From Thermoplasmata archaeon (GTDB taxonomy: Archaea > Thermoplasmatota > Thermoplasmata > Thermoplasmatales > ARK-15), in NCBI GenBank assembly GCA_023261755.1, contig JAGDXS010000005.1, forward strand, positions 1-62,714: a stretch of 62,714 nt of DNA, given 5' to 3'. Position 1 is the stretch's first letter. The number at the start of each line of letters is the position of its first letter. The notes under the pieces are model-generated. The model worked only from the letters and a program-made list of their open reading frames with translations, had not been told where the DNA came from and ran no database searches. This document shows, piece by piece, positions 38,917-48,091 of the stretch. A program made the translations under genes and the position numbers.

Positions 38917-39981
38917 ATGAAAATAAAAGATATAGCTCTTCAAGAGATTAAAATACCATTAAAAAGGGTATTTACAATTGCATCAGGATCATCAGAATAT
39001 GCTAACAATTTAATAGTCAAGGTTCTAACGGATGAATATATAGGATACGGTGAATCATCACCATCCCTCCATGTTTTAGGAGAAAATGCTGGAACTGTGA
39101 AAGAAATATTTCCTAAGATAAAAGAAAAAATAAATGATCTTGAAGTTGAGGATATTAGAGAGATATCAAAAATATTAAAAAAAATTCCAAATAATCAAAG
39201 TGCTAAGGCAGGATTAGATATTGCCCTATACGATCTTCTTGGAAAAAAATATAAGGTACCTTTGAATGAAATTCTTGGCACATCAAAAGTGAGCAAGGAT
39301 ACGGATATAACAATTGGTATTATGGAAAATAATGAGGCTGTAAATCTTGCCTATGAATATGTAAATGATGGATTTAAATCATTAAAAATTAAAGTAGGAA
39401 AAAATTTAAAAAATGATATTGAAAGGGTAAGGATGATAAGAGATTCTATTGGAAACAAAATTGAACTTCGTGTTGATGCTAATCAAGGATACAATTTTCA
39501 TGAGGCAAGAGAATTTATAAATGCAATAAATAAATTTGAAATTGAATTTATTGAACAACCATTACCCTATTACTTATTAGATAAATTATCGGAATTAAGA
39601 TTACAATCTAGCATTCCAATAATGCTTGATGAAAGTCTTAAAAGTATTAGGGATCTTAATGAAATAATAAGCAAGAAAGCCGCAGATATGATTAACATAA
39701 AATTGATGAAAACATCTGGAATAACGGATGCACTAGCAATAGCGGATCTTGCTAGGGCATATGACTTAAAAATAATGGTAGGCTGTATGTCAGAAACTTC
39801 ATTAGGAATTGCAGCCTCTATGCATTTCGCTCTAGCTATAGATGCAGACTACGTTGATTTAGATTCTCATTTTAATTTAAAAGAGGACATTGCAGAAAAT
39901 CCAATTAAAAATGTATTCGGAATGAATTATGTTAATAATGATCCAGGTCTTGGCATATACCTAAAGGATGAATATCTATGA
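38917..39981 (+). CDS. Dipeptide (L-Ala-D/L-Glu-type) epimerase, enolase superfamily
   Basis: FTIASGS, KIKVG, RVDANQG, EQP, DES, NIKLMK, GCMSE and the DLD motif of dipeptide epimerases. Confidence 0.85.
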   Translation: MKIKDIALQEIKIPLKRVFTIASGSSEYANNLIVKVLTDEYIGYGESSPSLHVLGENAGTVKEIFPKIKEKINDLEVEDIREISKILKKIPNNQSAKAGLDIALYDLLGKKYKVPLNEILGTSKVSKDTDITIGIMENNEAVNLAYEYVNDGFKSLKIKVGKNLKNDIERVRMIRDSIGNKIELRVDANQGYNFHEAREFINAINKFEIEFIEQPLPYYLLDKLSELRLQSSIPIMLDESLKSIRDLNEIISKKAADMINIKLMKTSGITDALAIADLARAYDLKIMVGCMSETSLGIAASMHFALAIDADYVDLDSHFNLKEDIAENPIKNVFGMNYVNNDPGLGIYLKDEYL

Positions 39982-40529
39982 AAATTATAATTGGCGTAAC
40001 TGGTGCTTCGGGAATTTCATATGCATTAAGGTTAATAGATCTACTTAAAGAAGAAAAATACTTGATAATTACAGAGAACGCAAAGAAAATCATGAAATAC
40101 GAAACTGGCATGGACTATAAAATATTGGAAAAGAAAGTAAAAAAAATATACGATGATAACGATCTTTTTGCACCTGTTGCATCAGGAAGTACCAAATTCG
40201 ATGCTTTTGTTGTTATTCCAGCTTCAATGAATACAATTGCCAAATTTGCAGGGGGTATTTCAGATACATTAATTACTAGAGTTTTTTCAGTATCATTAAA
40301 AGAAAAAAGAAAAATTATAATTGTACCAAGGGAAACACCATTGAATTCAATTAACCTTGAAAATATGAAAAAGTTATCCGACCTTGGTGTAGTTGTAATG
40401 CCTGCTTCACCTGGATTCTATCTTAAACCTAAAACCATAGATGATCTTTTAGACTTTATAGTTTTCAGGATTCTTGACCATTTGGGAATTGAAGGTGATT
40501 ATCCAAGATGGGAAAAAAATACATTCTAG
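39978..40529 (+). CDS. ubiX: Flavin prenyltransferase
   Basis: GVTGASG, ASGS, PASMNT, PRETP, PASPGFY. Confidence 0.92.
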   Translation: MKIIIGVTGASGISYALRLIDLLKEEKYLIITENAKKIMKYETGMDYKILEKKVKKIYDDNDLFAPVASGSTKFDAFVVIPASMNTIAKFAGGISDTLITRVFSVSLKEKRKIIIVPRETPLNSINLENMKKLSDLGVVVMPASPGFYLKPKTIDDLLDFIVFRILDHLGIEGDYPRWEKNTF

Positions 40530-40975
40530 ACACATCAGTATTCCTTTCAGGAAAATCATTTCCACTGGACAATGAAATTATAATACCTGAAAGTGTTCTG
40601 GAAGAATTAAAAAATATAGAAAAATATTCAATATTAATAGAAAGATCCAAAATTATTCAACCTTCAGAACTGAGTTTAAAGATAGCTATTGAAGCAGCAG
40701 AAAAAACTGGAGATATAAATAAGCTTTCAAAAACGGATCTTGATATAATTGCACTATCACAGGAATTCGATGCAGTTGTTATAACAGATGATTATGCAAT
40801 ACAGAATGTTTTAAAATTTTTAAAAAAACCATATTCTGGAATGGCAATAAAAGAAATTAAACAGAATTTTAAATGGGTATACAGGTGCACAGGATGTAAA
40901 ATATACTTTGAAAAATATTACGAATCCTGTCCTGTATGCGGATCTCCCTTAAAATTAGTAAAGAAGAAGCTTTAA
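40508..40975 (+). CDS. nob1: Nob1-family PIN endonuclease with Zn ribbon
   Basis: ILDTS, LSKTD, TDDYAIQN, CTGC...CPVCGS. Confidence 0.88.
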   Translation: MGKKYILDTSVFLSGKSFPLDNEIIIPESVLEELKNIEKYSILIERSKIIQPSELSLKIAIEAAEKTGDINKLSKTDLDIIALSQEFDAVVITDDYAIQNVLKFLKKPYSGMAIKEIKQNFKWVYRCTGCKIYFEKYYESCPVCGSPLKLVKKKL

Positions 40976-40978
40976 ATA
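40964..40978 (+). promoter_or_regulatory. Probable BRE/TATA promoter of tRNA-Cys, overlapping the nob1 stop codon
   Basis: AAGAAGC-TTTAAATA ends 22 nt before the tRNA 5' end. Confidence 0.5.
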
Positions 40979-40999
40979 ATATTTAACAATTTGAGTGTC

Positions 41000-41071
41000 G
41001 GGTAGGTGGCAGAGTGGTGATGCGCGAGACTGCAGATCTCGTTTATTGGGGTTCGATTCCCCACCTACCCT
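41000..41071 (+). tRNA. tRNA-Cys (anticodon GCA)
   Basis: GGGTAGG/CCTACCC acceptor stem, CGAGA-CTGCAGA-TCTCG anticodon arm, GGTTCGATTCC, U discriminator; 72 nt. Confidence 0.95.
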
Positions 41072-41792
41072 CTGAAATTTTATTAAATTCCCTGTAAATG
41101 AAAAGTGATGTTCTTATCTTCCAATAATCCTTTAAAAAGTTTTTATTAACTGGCAATGTTTTGAAATTGAAATCATAAATAACATCCATTAATACGAGAT
41201 TTTCTGCAGGTACAATATATCTACTTACATTTGAATATGGATCGCCTTCACCGTATGCTAAGAATCCAATAATTCTTCTTACCATGTTCCACAAAAAGCT
41301 TTGACCCCTGACATCTATAATAATGAAATCATCATCACTTTTTATTTCTATTTTAAAAATTTTTCTCACTGATTTCCTTTCATCTTTCCTAGAAAAATTT
41401 GAAAAATCATGCTCCCCAATAAATTGCGTAGCCTTTTTTTCCATTTCATCAATATTGAAATTTCTATTAAAAAGAAAGTACCTGTACCATCTTTCCTTCG
41501 CATACCTTGGCTTAAAATCATTTTCAACGATAGCATATGAATGGAACAACATGTATTTTGTTTTTGAATTTAATATGCCCATTATTTTATTTATATTGTC
41601 AGATGATATTATTCCAATTACATTTCCTATGGCACTAACATTCCTGTCCGTCCTGCTTGAAGTATAAACATTATCTGAAATATTATATTCCTTTAAAATT
41701 TTTAAAATTTCACCCAACACAGTATATCTATTTTTTTCAAATGAAAATGAATCAAATTTTGTTCCGTCGTATCCAAATTTTAAAAGATACAC
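41043..41792 (-). CDS. truA: tRNA pseudouridine(38-40) synthase
   Basis: GYDGTKF, SRTDRNVSA, FIGEHDFSNF, FLWNMVRRI. Confidence 0.9.
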   Translation of the reverse strand: MYLLKFGYDGTKFDSFSFEKNRYTVLGEILKILKEYNISDNVYTSSRTDRNVSAIGNVIGIISSDNINKIMGILNSKTKYMLFHSYAIVENDFKPRYAKERWYRYFLFNRNFNIDEMEKKATQFIGEHDFSNFSRKDERKSVRKIFKIEIKSDDDFIIIDVRGQSFLWNMVRRIIGFLAYGEGDPYSNVSRYIVPAENLVLMDVIYDFNFKTLPVNKNFLKDYWKIRTSLFIYREFNKISEGRWGIEPQ

Positions 41793-41831
41793 AAATATGA
41801 AATCTTTTTATAGTATTTAAGCATTTATTAT

Positions 41832-42269
41832 ATGATGAGTTATAAAATTCCAGACAATAAATTATTATCATTCATAATTAAAAAAGTAATTAAAGAAAAA
41901 AAGGTAATTAAATCACAAAAAAATTTTTTAAACTATGTTCTTGAAGAATTAAGGTCATCTGGCATTGATTATAGATTGGATGGAAAAAGGTTAAGAAAAA
42001 TTGCAATAAACGATTTGAAATTGAAAGTGGATATAGAATATAGGGAAAGTAATGAAGAATCAAAAGATTTAAAAATATGCCCAGTATGCGGTAATAAGCT
42101 TATGGACATAAAAAATTTGACATTAGACGGTAAAACGGTGTTTACAGGAAAAAAATGTACAAAATGTTCATATTGGACAGGTCTTAAAAAAAGAATTCCG
42201 AAAAAGTATACATTCTATGGGGATGGTGAATATGATAAGCAAAAAAAGCGGAAATATGATAGTAGCTAA
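41832..42269 (+). CDS. Basic hypothetical protein with a C-terminal Zn ribbon
   Basis: CPVCG...CTKCSYW; Lys/Arg-rich. Confidence 0.75.
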   Translation: MMSYKIPDNKLLSFIIKKVIKEKKVIKSQKNFLNYVLEELRSSGIDYRLDGKRLRKIAINDLKLKVDIEYRESNEESKDLKICPVCGNKLMDIKNLTLDGKTVFTGKKCTKCSYWTGLKKRIPKKYTFYGDGEYDKQKKRKYDSS

Positions 42270-42642
42270 AATAGAAAAGGATGAAGATATATTCCAGAGC
42301 ATAGAGGACTTGATTAAAAAATATGGAATAAAGGGTGGAATTATAGTTACAGGCGTAGGGATGCTGAAGAATTTTGAAATTGGATATTGGAATGGAAAAG
42401 AATATGAAACGAAAAAATTTGAAAAAAATCACGAACTAGTTGCGATGCACGGAAGTATTGCAGAAAATGATCCTAAAATTCATGTGCACGTTGGATTGGC
42501 AGGATCGGACCATATAATAATAGGGGGTCACCTTATAAGTGCAAAGGCAGATCCAATGGTAGAACTTACAATTATGGATACAGGATTTTCTATGCAAAGA
42601 TCATATAATGAAAAAACATCTCTTAAAGAATTGAATTTTTAA
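42232..42642 (+). CDS. PPC/DUF296 domain protein
   Basis: GVGML, HVHVGLA, GGHL; start placed at MISKK. Confidence 0.88.
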   Translation: MISKKSGNMIVAKIEKDEDIFQSIEDLIKKYGIKGGIIVTGVGMLKNFEIGYWNGKEYETKKFEKNHELVAMHGSIAENDPKIHVHVGLAGSDHIIIGGHLISAKADPMVELTIMDTGFSMQRSYNEKTSLKELNF

Positions 42643-42645
42643 ATT

Positions 42646-43326
42646 ATGTTTATTTTTTATTTGATTCTATTTTTAATAGTCCTTTTTCTTTTTTCTTTTA
42701 TATTGAAAATTTTAGATCTGCTAGGTTCAATTTTTGCTTTTATTCAGGGATTGATTGTTTCAATTTTTGGATCCATCTATTTTTTATTCCTTCTAATAAT
42801 TTTTGTTGCAATTTCCTTTATTGCTACACATTATAAACATTCAAAAAAGGAAGGAATTTCAGGATTTGAAAATACAAGATCCTGGAAAAGTGTATTTTCT
42901 AAAGGAATAATTCCATTTATTGTTGTTTTTTTGCCATTAAGCTTTTTCAATAAAGAATTATTTTTCTCAATTGCAGTTGCTGCAGCAACATCAGATACAA
43001 TTTCTGGAGAACTTGGTGTCCTATCTAATAGGGCATTTTACATAACAAACTTAAAAAAGGCAAGGCCTGGTGATAATGGGGCAATATCAATCTTGGGTGA
43101 AATTTGGGCTATTGTTGGTTCCCTTATAATAGCAATTTTTTCATACATTTTTTTTAATTTAAACATTTTTGAATTTATTTTGATTGTAATTTTAGGATTT
43201 GTGGGAAGCCAAATAGATAGCCTTATGGGTGCGTTATTGGAAAACAAGGGAAAAATGAAAAAATATACTGTAAACATAGTTGCAATAGGATTAAGTATTC
43301 TTTTGGCATATATCTTTTTGCTATGA
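42646..43326 (+). CDS. DUF92/TMEM19-family membrane protein
   Basis: RSWKSV, SDTISGELG, PGDNGAIS, DSLMGALLE. Confidence 0.85.
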   Translation: MFIFYLILFLIVLFLFSFILKILDLLGSIFAFIQGLIVSIFGSIYFLFLLIIFVAISFIATHYKHSKKEGISGFENTRSWKSVFSKGIIPFIVVFLPLSFFNKELFFSIAVAAATSDTISGELGVLSNRAFYITNLKKARPGDNGAISILGEIWAIVGSLIIAIFSYIFFNLNIFEFILIVILGFVGSQIDSLMGALLENKGKMKKYTVNIVAIGLSILLAYIFLL

Positions 43327-44537
43327 AAAAGATTCTACTCATAATATTGGATGGATTGGGGGACAGACCTTCAAAGGACCTAGGAAATAAAACTCCATTG
43401 CAGGCGGCAAACAAAAAAAATTTGAATTATTTAGCTTCCAAGGGAATGGTTGGCCTTTTTGATCCAATTTCTCCAGGCATCAGACCTGGAAGTGATACAG
43501 CACACCTTTCAATACTTGGATATGATCCTTATAAAACTTATACTGGGAGAGGGCCGTTCGAAGCACTTGGTCTTGGAATGGATCTTAAGCCAGGGGATGT
43601 GGCATTCAGAGGAAATTTTGCGACTGTTAATGATAATTTCATCGTTGTTGACAGAAGGGCAGGAAGGATTGATAATGGTACAGATGAACTAGCAAAATCC
43701 CTTAACATGAAAATAGGTGATGTGGAAATTCTGGTCAAGGAGGGTGTAGAGCACAGAGCAGCTGTTGTTCTTAGAGGAAAAAACCTCTCTTCAAAAATAA
43801 CGGATGTTGATCCTCACCAGGAAAATGCATCTGTAAAAGAATCAAAACCTCTTGATGAAAAGGCAAAATTAACTTCGGATTTAATTAATGAATTTACAAG
43901 GAGAAGTTACAAAATTCTAGATTCCCATCCCATTAATATAGAAAGGAAAAAAAGTGGAAAAAATCCAGCAAACATTCTTCTTGTGAGAGGTGCAGGCATA
44001 GTTCCAGAATTGGAGGATTTTAACAAAAAATTTAATTTGAAAGCAGCGTGCATAGTAGGTGTACCCCTAATTTCAGGCATATGCAAATTGGCAGGCATCA
44101 AGCCTATTTCAGTTCCTGGTGCTACTGGCACATTAAACACCAATATGGAAAATAAAATTAAGTATGCAATAGAAAATCTAAAAGAATTCGATTTTATTCT
44201 TATGAATATAAAGGCTACAGATATTGCAGGGCACGATGGCAATGCAATATTAAAAAAAGAAGTAATTGAAAGGGCGGACAAAGCATTCGAACCATTGTTG
44301 GAGCATCTTGATGAATATACAATCATGATTACAGGAGATCATTCCACACCCTGCTCTGTAAAGGATCATACTGGGGATCCATTGCCAGTATTAATTTCCA
44401 CATCGGGCATAAGATCCGATGGAATAGATGAGTGGAATGAAATTTCTGCTGCAAAAGGTTCCTTAAGGATTTCTGGAAAGGATGTAATAAATGTACTTTT
44501 AAATTACAGTGATAGGGCGGAGAAATTCGGCGCATGA
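43323..44537 (+). CDS. apgM: 2,3-bisphosphoglycerate-independent phosphoglycerate mutase (archaeal type)
   Basis: DGLGDRP, PGSDTAHL, GRGPFEA, DIAGHDG, TGDHSTP. Confidence 0.93.
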   Translation: MKKILLIILDGLGDRPSKDLGNKTPLQAANKKNLNYLASKGMVGLFDPISPGIRPGSDTAHLSILGYDPYKTYTGRGPFEALGLGMDLKPGDVAFRGNFATVNDNFIVVDRRAGRIDNGTDELAKSLNMKIGDVEILVKEGVEHRAAVVLRGKNLSSKITDVDPHQENASVKESKPLDEKAKLTSDLINEFTRRSYKILDSHPINIERKKSGKNPANILLVRGAGIVPELEDFNKKFNLKAACIVGVPLISGICKLAGIKPISVPGATGTLNTNMENKIKYAIENLKEFDFILMNIKATDIAGHDGNAILKKEVIERADKAFEPLLEHLDEYTIMITGDHSTPCSVKDHTGDPLPVLISTSGIRSDGIDEWNEISAAKGSLRISGKDVINVLLNYSDRAEKFGA

Positions 44538-45361
44538 TTGAGTACCTGATCCTCATATTAATTATTTTTTTCATTTTTTATTCATATTACAGAAATAAGC
44601 ATGCTGTATTTTTTATTGTACTAGCAAATTTAATTATATTTGCCATAGAAATGTATTATATATATAACAATATTAATATTTATGAAATTCTAGGATTCAG
44701 CACAAACAATATATTATCAATTCAACTAATCACAGGAATTTTTACACATTATGATTACATTCACATACTTTCAAATATGGTCGTCCTTTTATTCATAGGT
44801 TATCCGTTCGAGATGAAAGTTGGGGCTAGAAAATTCATAATTATTTATTTAATAACAGGAATAATTGCTGAGATAATATATGCTCTTGTGCACATAAATG
44901 AATATTATATCCTCCTTGGTGCTTCAGGTTCAATTTTCGGCATTATGGGAGCCTATTTGAAATTATATCCGGAAGACGAAATATCTATGTTCCTCGGTTT
45001 TATATTTTTCCCAAAAATAAAAGTAAAGTTTGCTGTCTTCTTTGCTGCACTTATAGAATTACTTGCCATGGTACTTTCATATGAAGATAATGTGGCACAC
45101 CTTGTACATATTTCAGCCTTTATAATAGGATTTTTTATAGCGCCAATATTCATGATAACTAGGAAAAAGGAATTTAGCAATGACGATTTGAAGAATCTTG
45201 TAAAGGATGAAAAATCTAAAGAAATGCTAGAAAAAATTGAAAAAGAAAAGATAGAAATCGTAAGAAAAATATTGATTGAGGAATATCTTAAATATGTGTG
45301 TGAAAAATTTGAAAAGAAAGGTGAAAATATTTATTGCAATGGAAAAAAATATAAATTATGA
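44534..45361 (+). CDS. Rhomboid intramembrane serine protease
   Basis: HILSNM, GASGSIFG, AHLVH. Confidence 0.9.
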   Translation: MIEYLILILIIFFIFYSYYRNKHAVFFIVLANLIIFAIEMYYIYNNINIYEILGFSTNNILSIQLITGIFTHYDYIHILSNMVVLLFIGYPFEMKVGARKFIIIYLITGIIAEIIYALVHINEYYILLGASGSIFGIMGAYLKLYPEDEISMFLGFIFFPKIKVKFAVFFAALIELLAMVLSYEDNVAHLVHISAFIIGFFIAPIFMITRKKEFSNDDLKNLVKDEKSKEMLEKIEKEKIEIVRKILIEEYLKYVCEKFEKKGENIYCNGKKYKL

Positions 45362-48091
45362 TTTCCAGAATTTTTTATTCTTTGCAAAATTAAGTTCAGC
45401 TTCAGCAATATCTTTAACGAGGTACAGTTCATCTGAATGTGGTGTTTTAAGAATCCTGAGGGCAGTTTCATAGCCTACACCTCTTCCAGCGAGTGCGATT
45501 ATAGCATCCTTTTTGTAAGTTCTTATCAATGTGGATATATTTTGAGCTTTCTTATAGAATTCATTTTCTTCCTTTGTTTTTGGACCATTTTTTATAATGC
45601 TTACCTTATCCCTCTCATATTTTCTTAAAACTGTTACCCTTACTGAGCCACAATAAATGCATCTTACATCTGATACATCTGAAATCTTTTTTGTCCAAGA
45701 ACTTTTGCAGTCCATGCAGACAAATATCATTTCCTGGCTTAATAGTCTGTTTCTTATTGCATTCAGTACAGTAGGTGTGAGCCTTGTCCTTCCAGATTTA
45801 TTTTCTATATAGGTTAAATATGAATCCATTGTTTTATCAAAATTTACAATATCAACTGAAATCAAACCCTTTCTTATTGCGTCAAGGATCTGTTTTGTAT
45901 TCTCTAAATCAAGATAATCCCATATTGATTTATTTATCGCCTCTTGAAAGATTAATGAATCCTTGTACAAATCCGTGATTTTTTCTATTTTAAGTGATGA
46001 AAAATCCGCACCCTTTGAAATTATTCCAAATTTTTTACCTACATATATGAAGACCCTTGTAAAAAATCTTGAATTGGGTAATGCGTATTGAATATCCCTC
46101 TCCATATTTATATCAGAAAGAAGAATTTCTTTTATGGACTTTTCATCTATAGGAATGCTATTTGTTGATAAAAGTATTGTATAGGGAGTAATGCTTAAAC
46201 TTACATTGTAACCCCTTTCCTTTAGAGCTGTCATTATTATTAGGCCTAATGTTTCATTTATTTTAGTCCCAAACCAGTTTTCTATTATGGTGTCTTGACC
46301 TTTTCTTGATATCCTTATTCTCCTTGATGATGAATGATCCTGATTCCACCATGAAATTAACTTATTTTTTGCCGCTTCATTTAGATAATCTGGCAATTCC
46401 TTCGATTCTCTTATTTTTACAACATTCTTAGCAACTTCAAAAGGAACAGGTATGTCTTCCCCTACCCATTTAGGGGGTGTTGCAATTTCTTCAACAAAAT
46501 CAACAAGTATCGTATCATCCTTTATATCAATTACCCTCCATGTTATACCCTTCATCACAAATGTCTGTCCTTCAGATATTTCCTGCGAAACAAAGCTCTC
46601 ATCTAGAGTTCCTATAAACCTTTTTGTTGAAAATTCAATAACACGATATATTTTTTCATCAGGTATCATGGATGGATTATCATAGAAATATTCAAGTGAT
46701 TTTGATCCCCTGTGGATGTAATCACCATCAAATCTTACCATTTTTATTTCTGTCATGAAATTAAGAAAATTTAAAAATTCTTCTTCAGTAAGATCATTGA
46801 AGGCGTAAGATCTTTTAATAGTTTCATAGGCAAAATCAAATTTAATTGATCCTTCGGTGTATACCCATGATGTGATCTGGTTTGCAAGTACAACATAAGG
46901 TTTTTTTCTAACTTCCAGTTTTTCTATTAAACCCCTCTTCGATAAATCAACTATGCTTACAGCCTCTTCTATTTCAACAGGATCTCCTGAAATTATTGCA
47001 CCCTTAGAGATATGGCCTAAGCGGTGGCCTGCTCTGCCTATCCTCTGCATTAACCTGTATACTTGCCTAGGTGAATTAAATTGTACAACAAAATCGGCTC
47101 CTCCAATATCTATGCCAAGTTCAAGCGACGATGTACAAATTAGCGCCTTTAATTTACCCTCTTTTAAAAGTTGTTCATTCTGTGTCCTTATTTCCTTTGA
47201 AAGTGATCCATGGTGTACACCTATTCTATCATCCATTTTTATTTTGTTTAATCTCATTGCAATATCTTCAGCTGTAAATCTTGTATTCACGAAAATCAAA
47301 GATTGATTATAATTGTTAACAAGATTTACGGTGTGCATTATAGCTGAACCATAATCTGGGTCGCATAACATTTCTTCACTCTCTTTTTCATATACCCTAT
47401 CGGGAGATTCAATTGAAACTGAAAATTCTTTGAATAGAGAACTTTTTATAACCCTTACATTCTTTTTTGGAGAAAGGAATTTTGCAATTTCATTTTCATT
47501 TCCAACTGTAGCAGATAAACCTATTCTTTGGATATTCCCTGAATAATTTTCTAAACGTTCTATTGCTATGGCCAACTGCCATCCCCTTTCATCCTGAACC
47601 AATTCATGAATCTCATCTATTATGACAGTTGTTATATTTTTCAAATGCTCTCTTAACTTTTTGCCAGAAAAGAGTATCTGCAATGTTTCAGGCGTTGTTA
47701 TCAATAAATCAGGTGGTGTTTCGCTTACTACCCTCCTTTCAGTTTCTGAAGAATCACCATGGCGAATGTTAATTGTTACCCCTAAAGCTTCACCATATTT
47801 TTTTATTCTTTCAAAAAGATCCCTGTTTAGAGCCCTTAATGGTGTAATATATATGGCATGTATTTTCCTTGGCTTTTCATTTGCAATTCTTGCAAGAATT
47901 GGTATTATAGATGCCTCCGTTTTACCACTTCCAGTGGGTGCAATAAGTAGAACATTTTCCTTGTTGTATATGGAATCATATACCTCCTGCTGATCACTTG
48001 TTAATTCATTTATACCAAAGTTTTTTAGAACCGATAATATGTTATCATCAATCACAGGAAGGTTAAAATTTAGCATTATAAAAAATTTCAC
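45356..48091 (-). CDS. lhr: Lhr-family SF2 helicase with a C-terminal Cys motif
   Basis: APTGSGKT, PLRALNRD, DEIH, SAT, HHGSL, SSLELGID, QRIGRAGH; CMDC...CIYC. Confidence 0.9.
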   Translation of the reverse strand: MKFFIMLNFNLPVIDDNILSVLKNFGINELTSDQQEVYDSIYNKENVLLIAPTGSGKTEASIIPILARIANEKPRKIHAIYITPLRALNRDLFERIKKYGEALGVTINIRHGDSSETERRVVSETPPDLLITTPETLQILFSGKKLREHLKNITTVIIDEIHELVQDERGWQLAIAIERLENYSGNIQRIGLSATVGNENEIAKFLSPKKNVRVIKSSLFKEFSVSIESPDRVYEKESEEMLCDPDYGSAIMHTVNLVNNYNQSLIFVNTRFTAEDIAMRLNKIKMDDRIGVHHGSLSKEIRTQNEQLLKEGKLKALICTSSLELGIDIGGADFVVQFNSPRQVYRLMQRIGRAGHRLGHISKGAIISGDPVEIEEAVSIVDLSKRGLIEKLEVRKKPYVVLANQITSWVYTEGSIKFDFAYETIKRSYAFNDLTEEEFLNFLNFMTEIKMVRFDGDYIHRGSKSLEYFYDNPSMIPDEKIYRVIEFSTKRFIGTLDESFVSQEISEGQTFVMKGITWRVIDIKDDTILVDFVEEIATPPKWVGEDIPVPFEVAKNVVKIRESKELPDYLNEAAKNKLISWWNQDHSSSRRIRISRKGQDTIIENWFGTKINETLGLIIMTALKERGYNVSLSITPYTILLSTNSIPIDEKSIKEILLSDINMERDIQYALPNSRFFTRVFIYVGKKFGIISKGADFSSLKIEKITDLYKDSLIFQEAINKSIWDYLDLENTKQILDAIRKGLISVDIVNFDKTMDSYLTYIENKSGRTRLTPTVLNAIRNRLLSQEMIFVCMDCKSSWTKKISDVSDVRCIYCGSVRVTVLRKYERDKVSIIKNGPKTKEENEFYKKAQNISTLIRTYKKDAIIALAGRGVGYETALRILKTPHSDELYLVKDIAEAELNFAKNKKFWKS

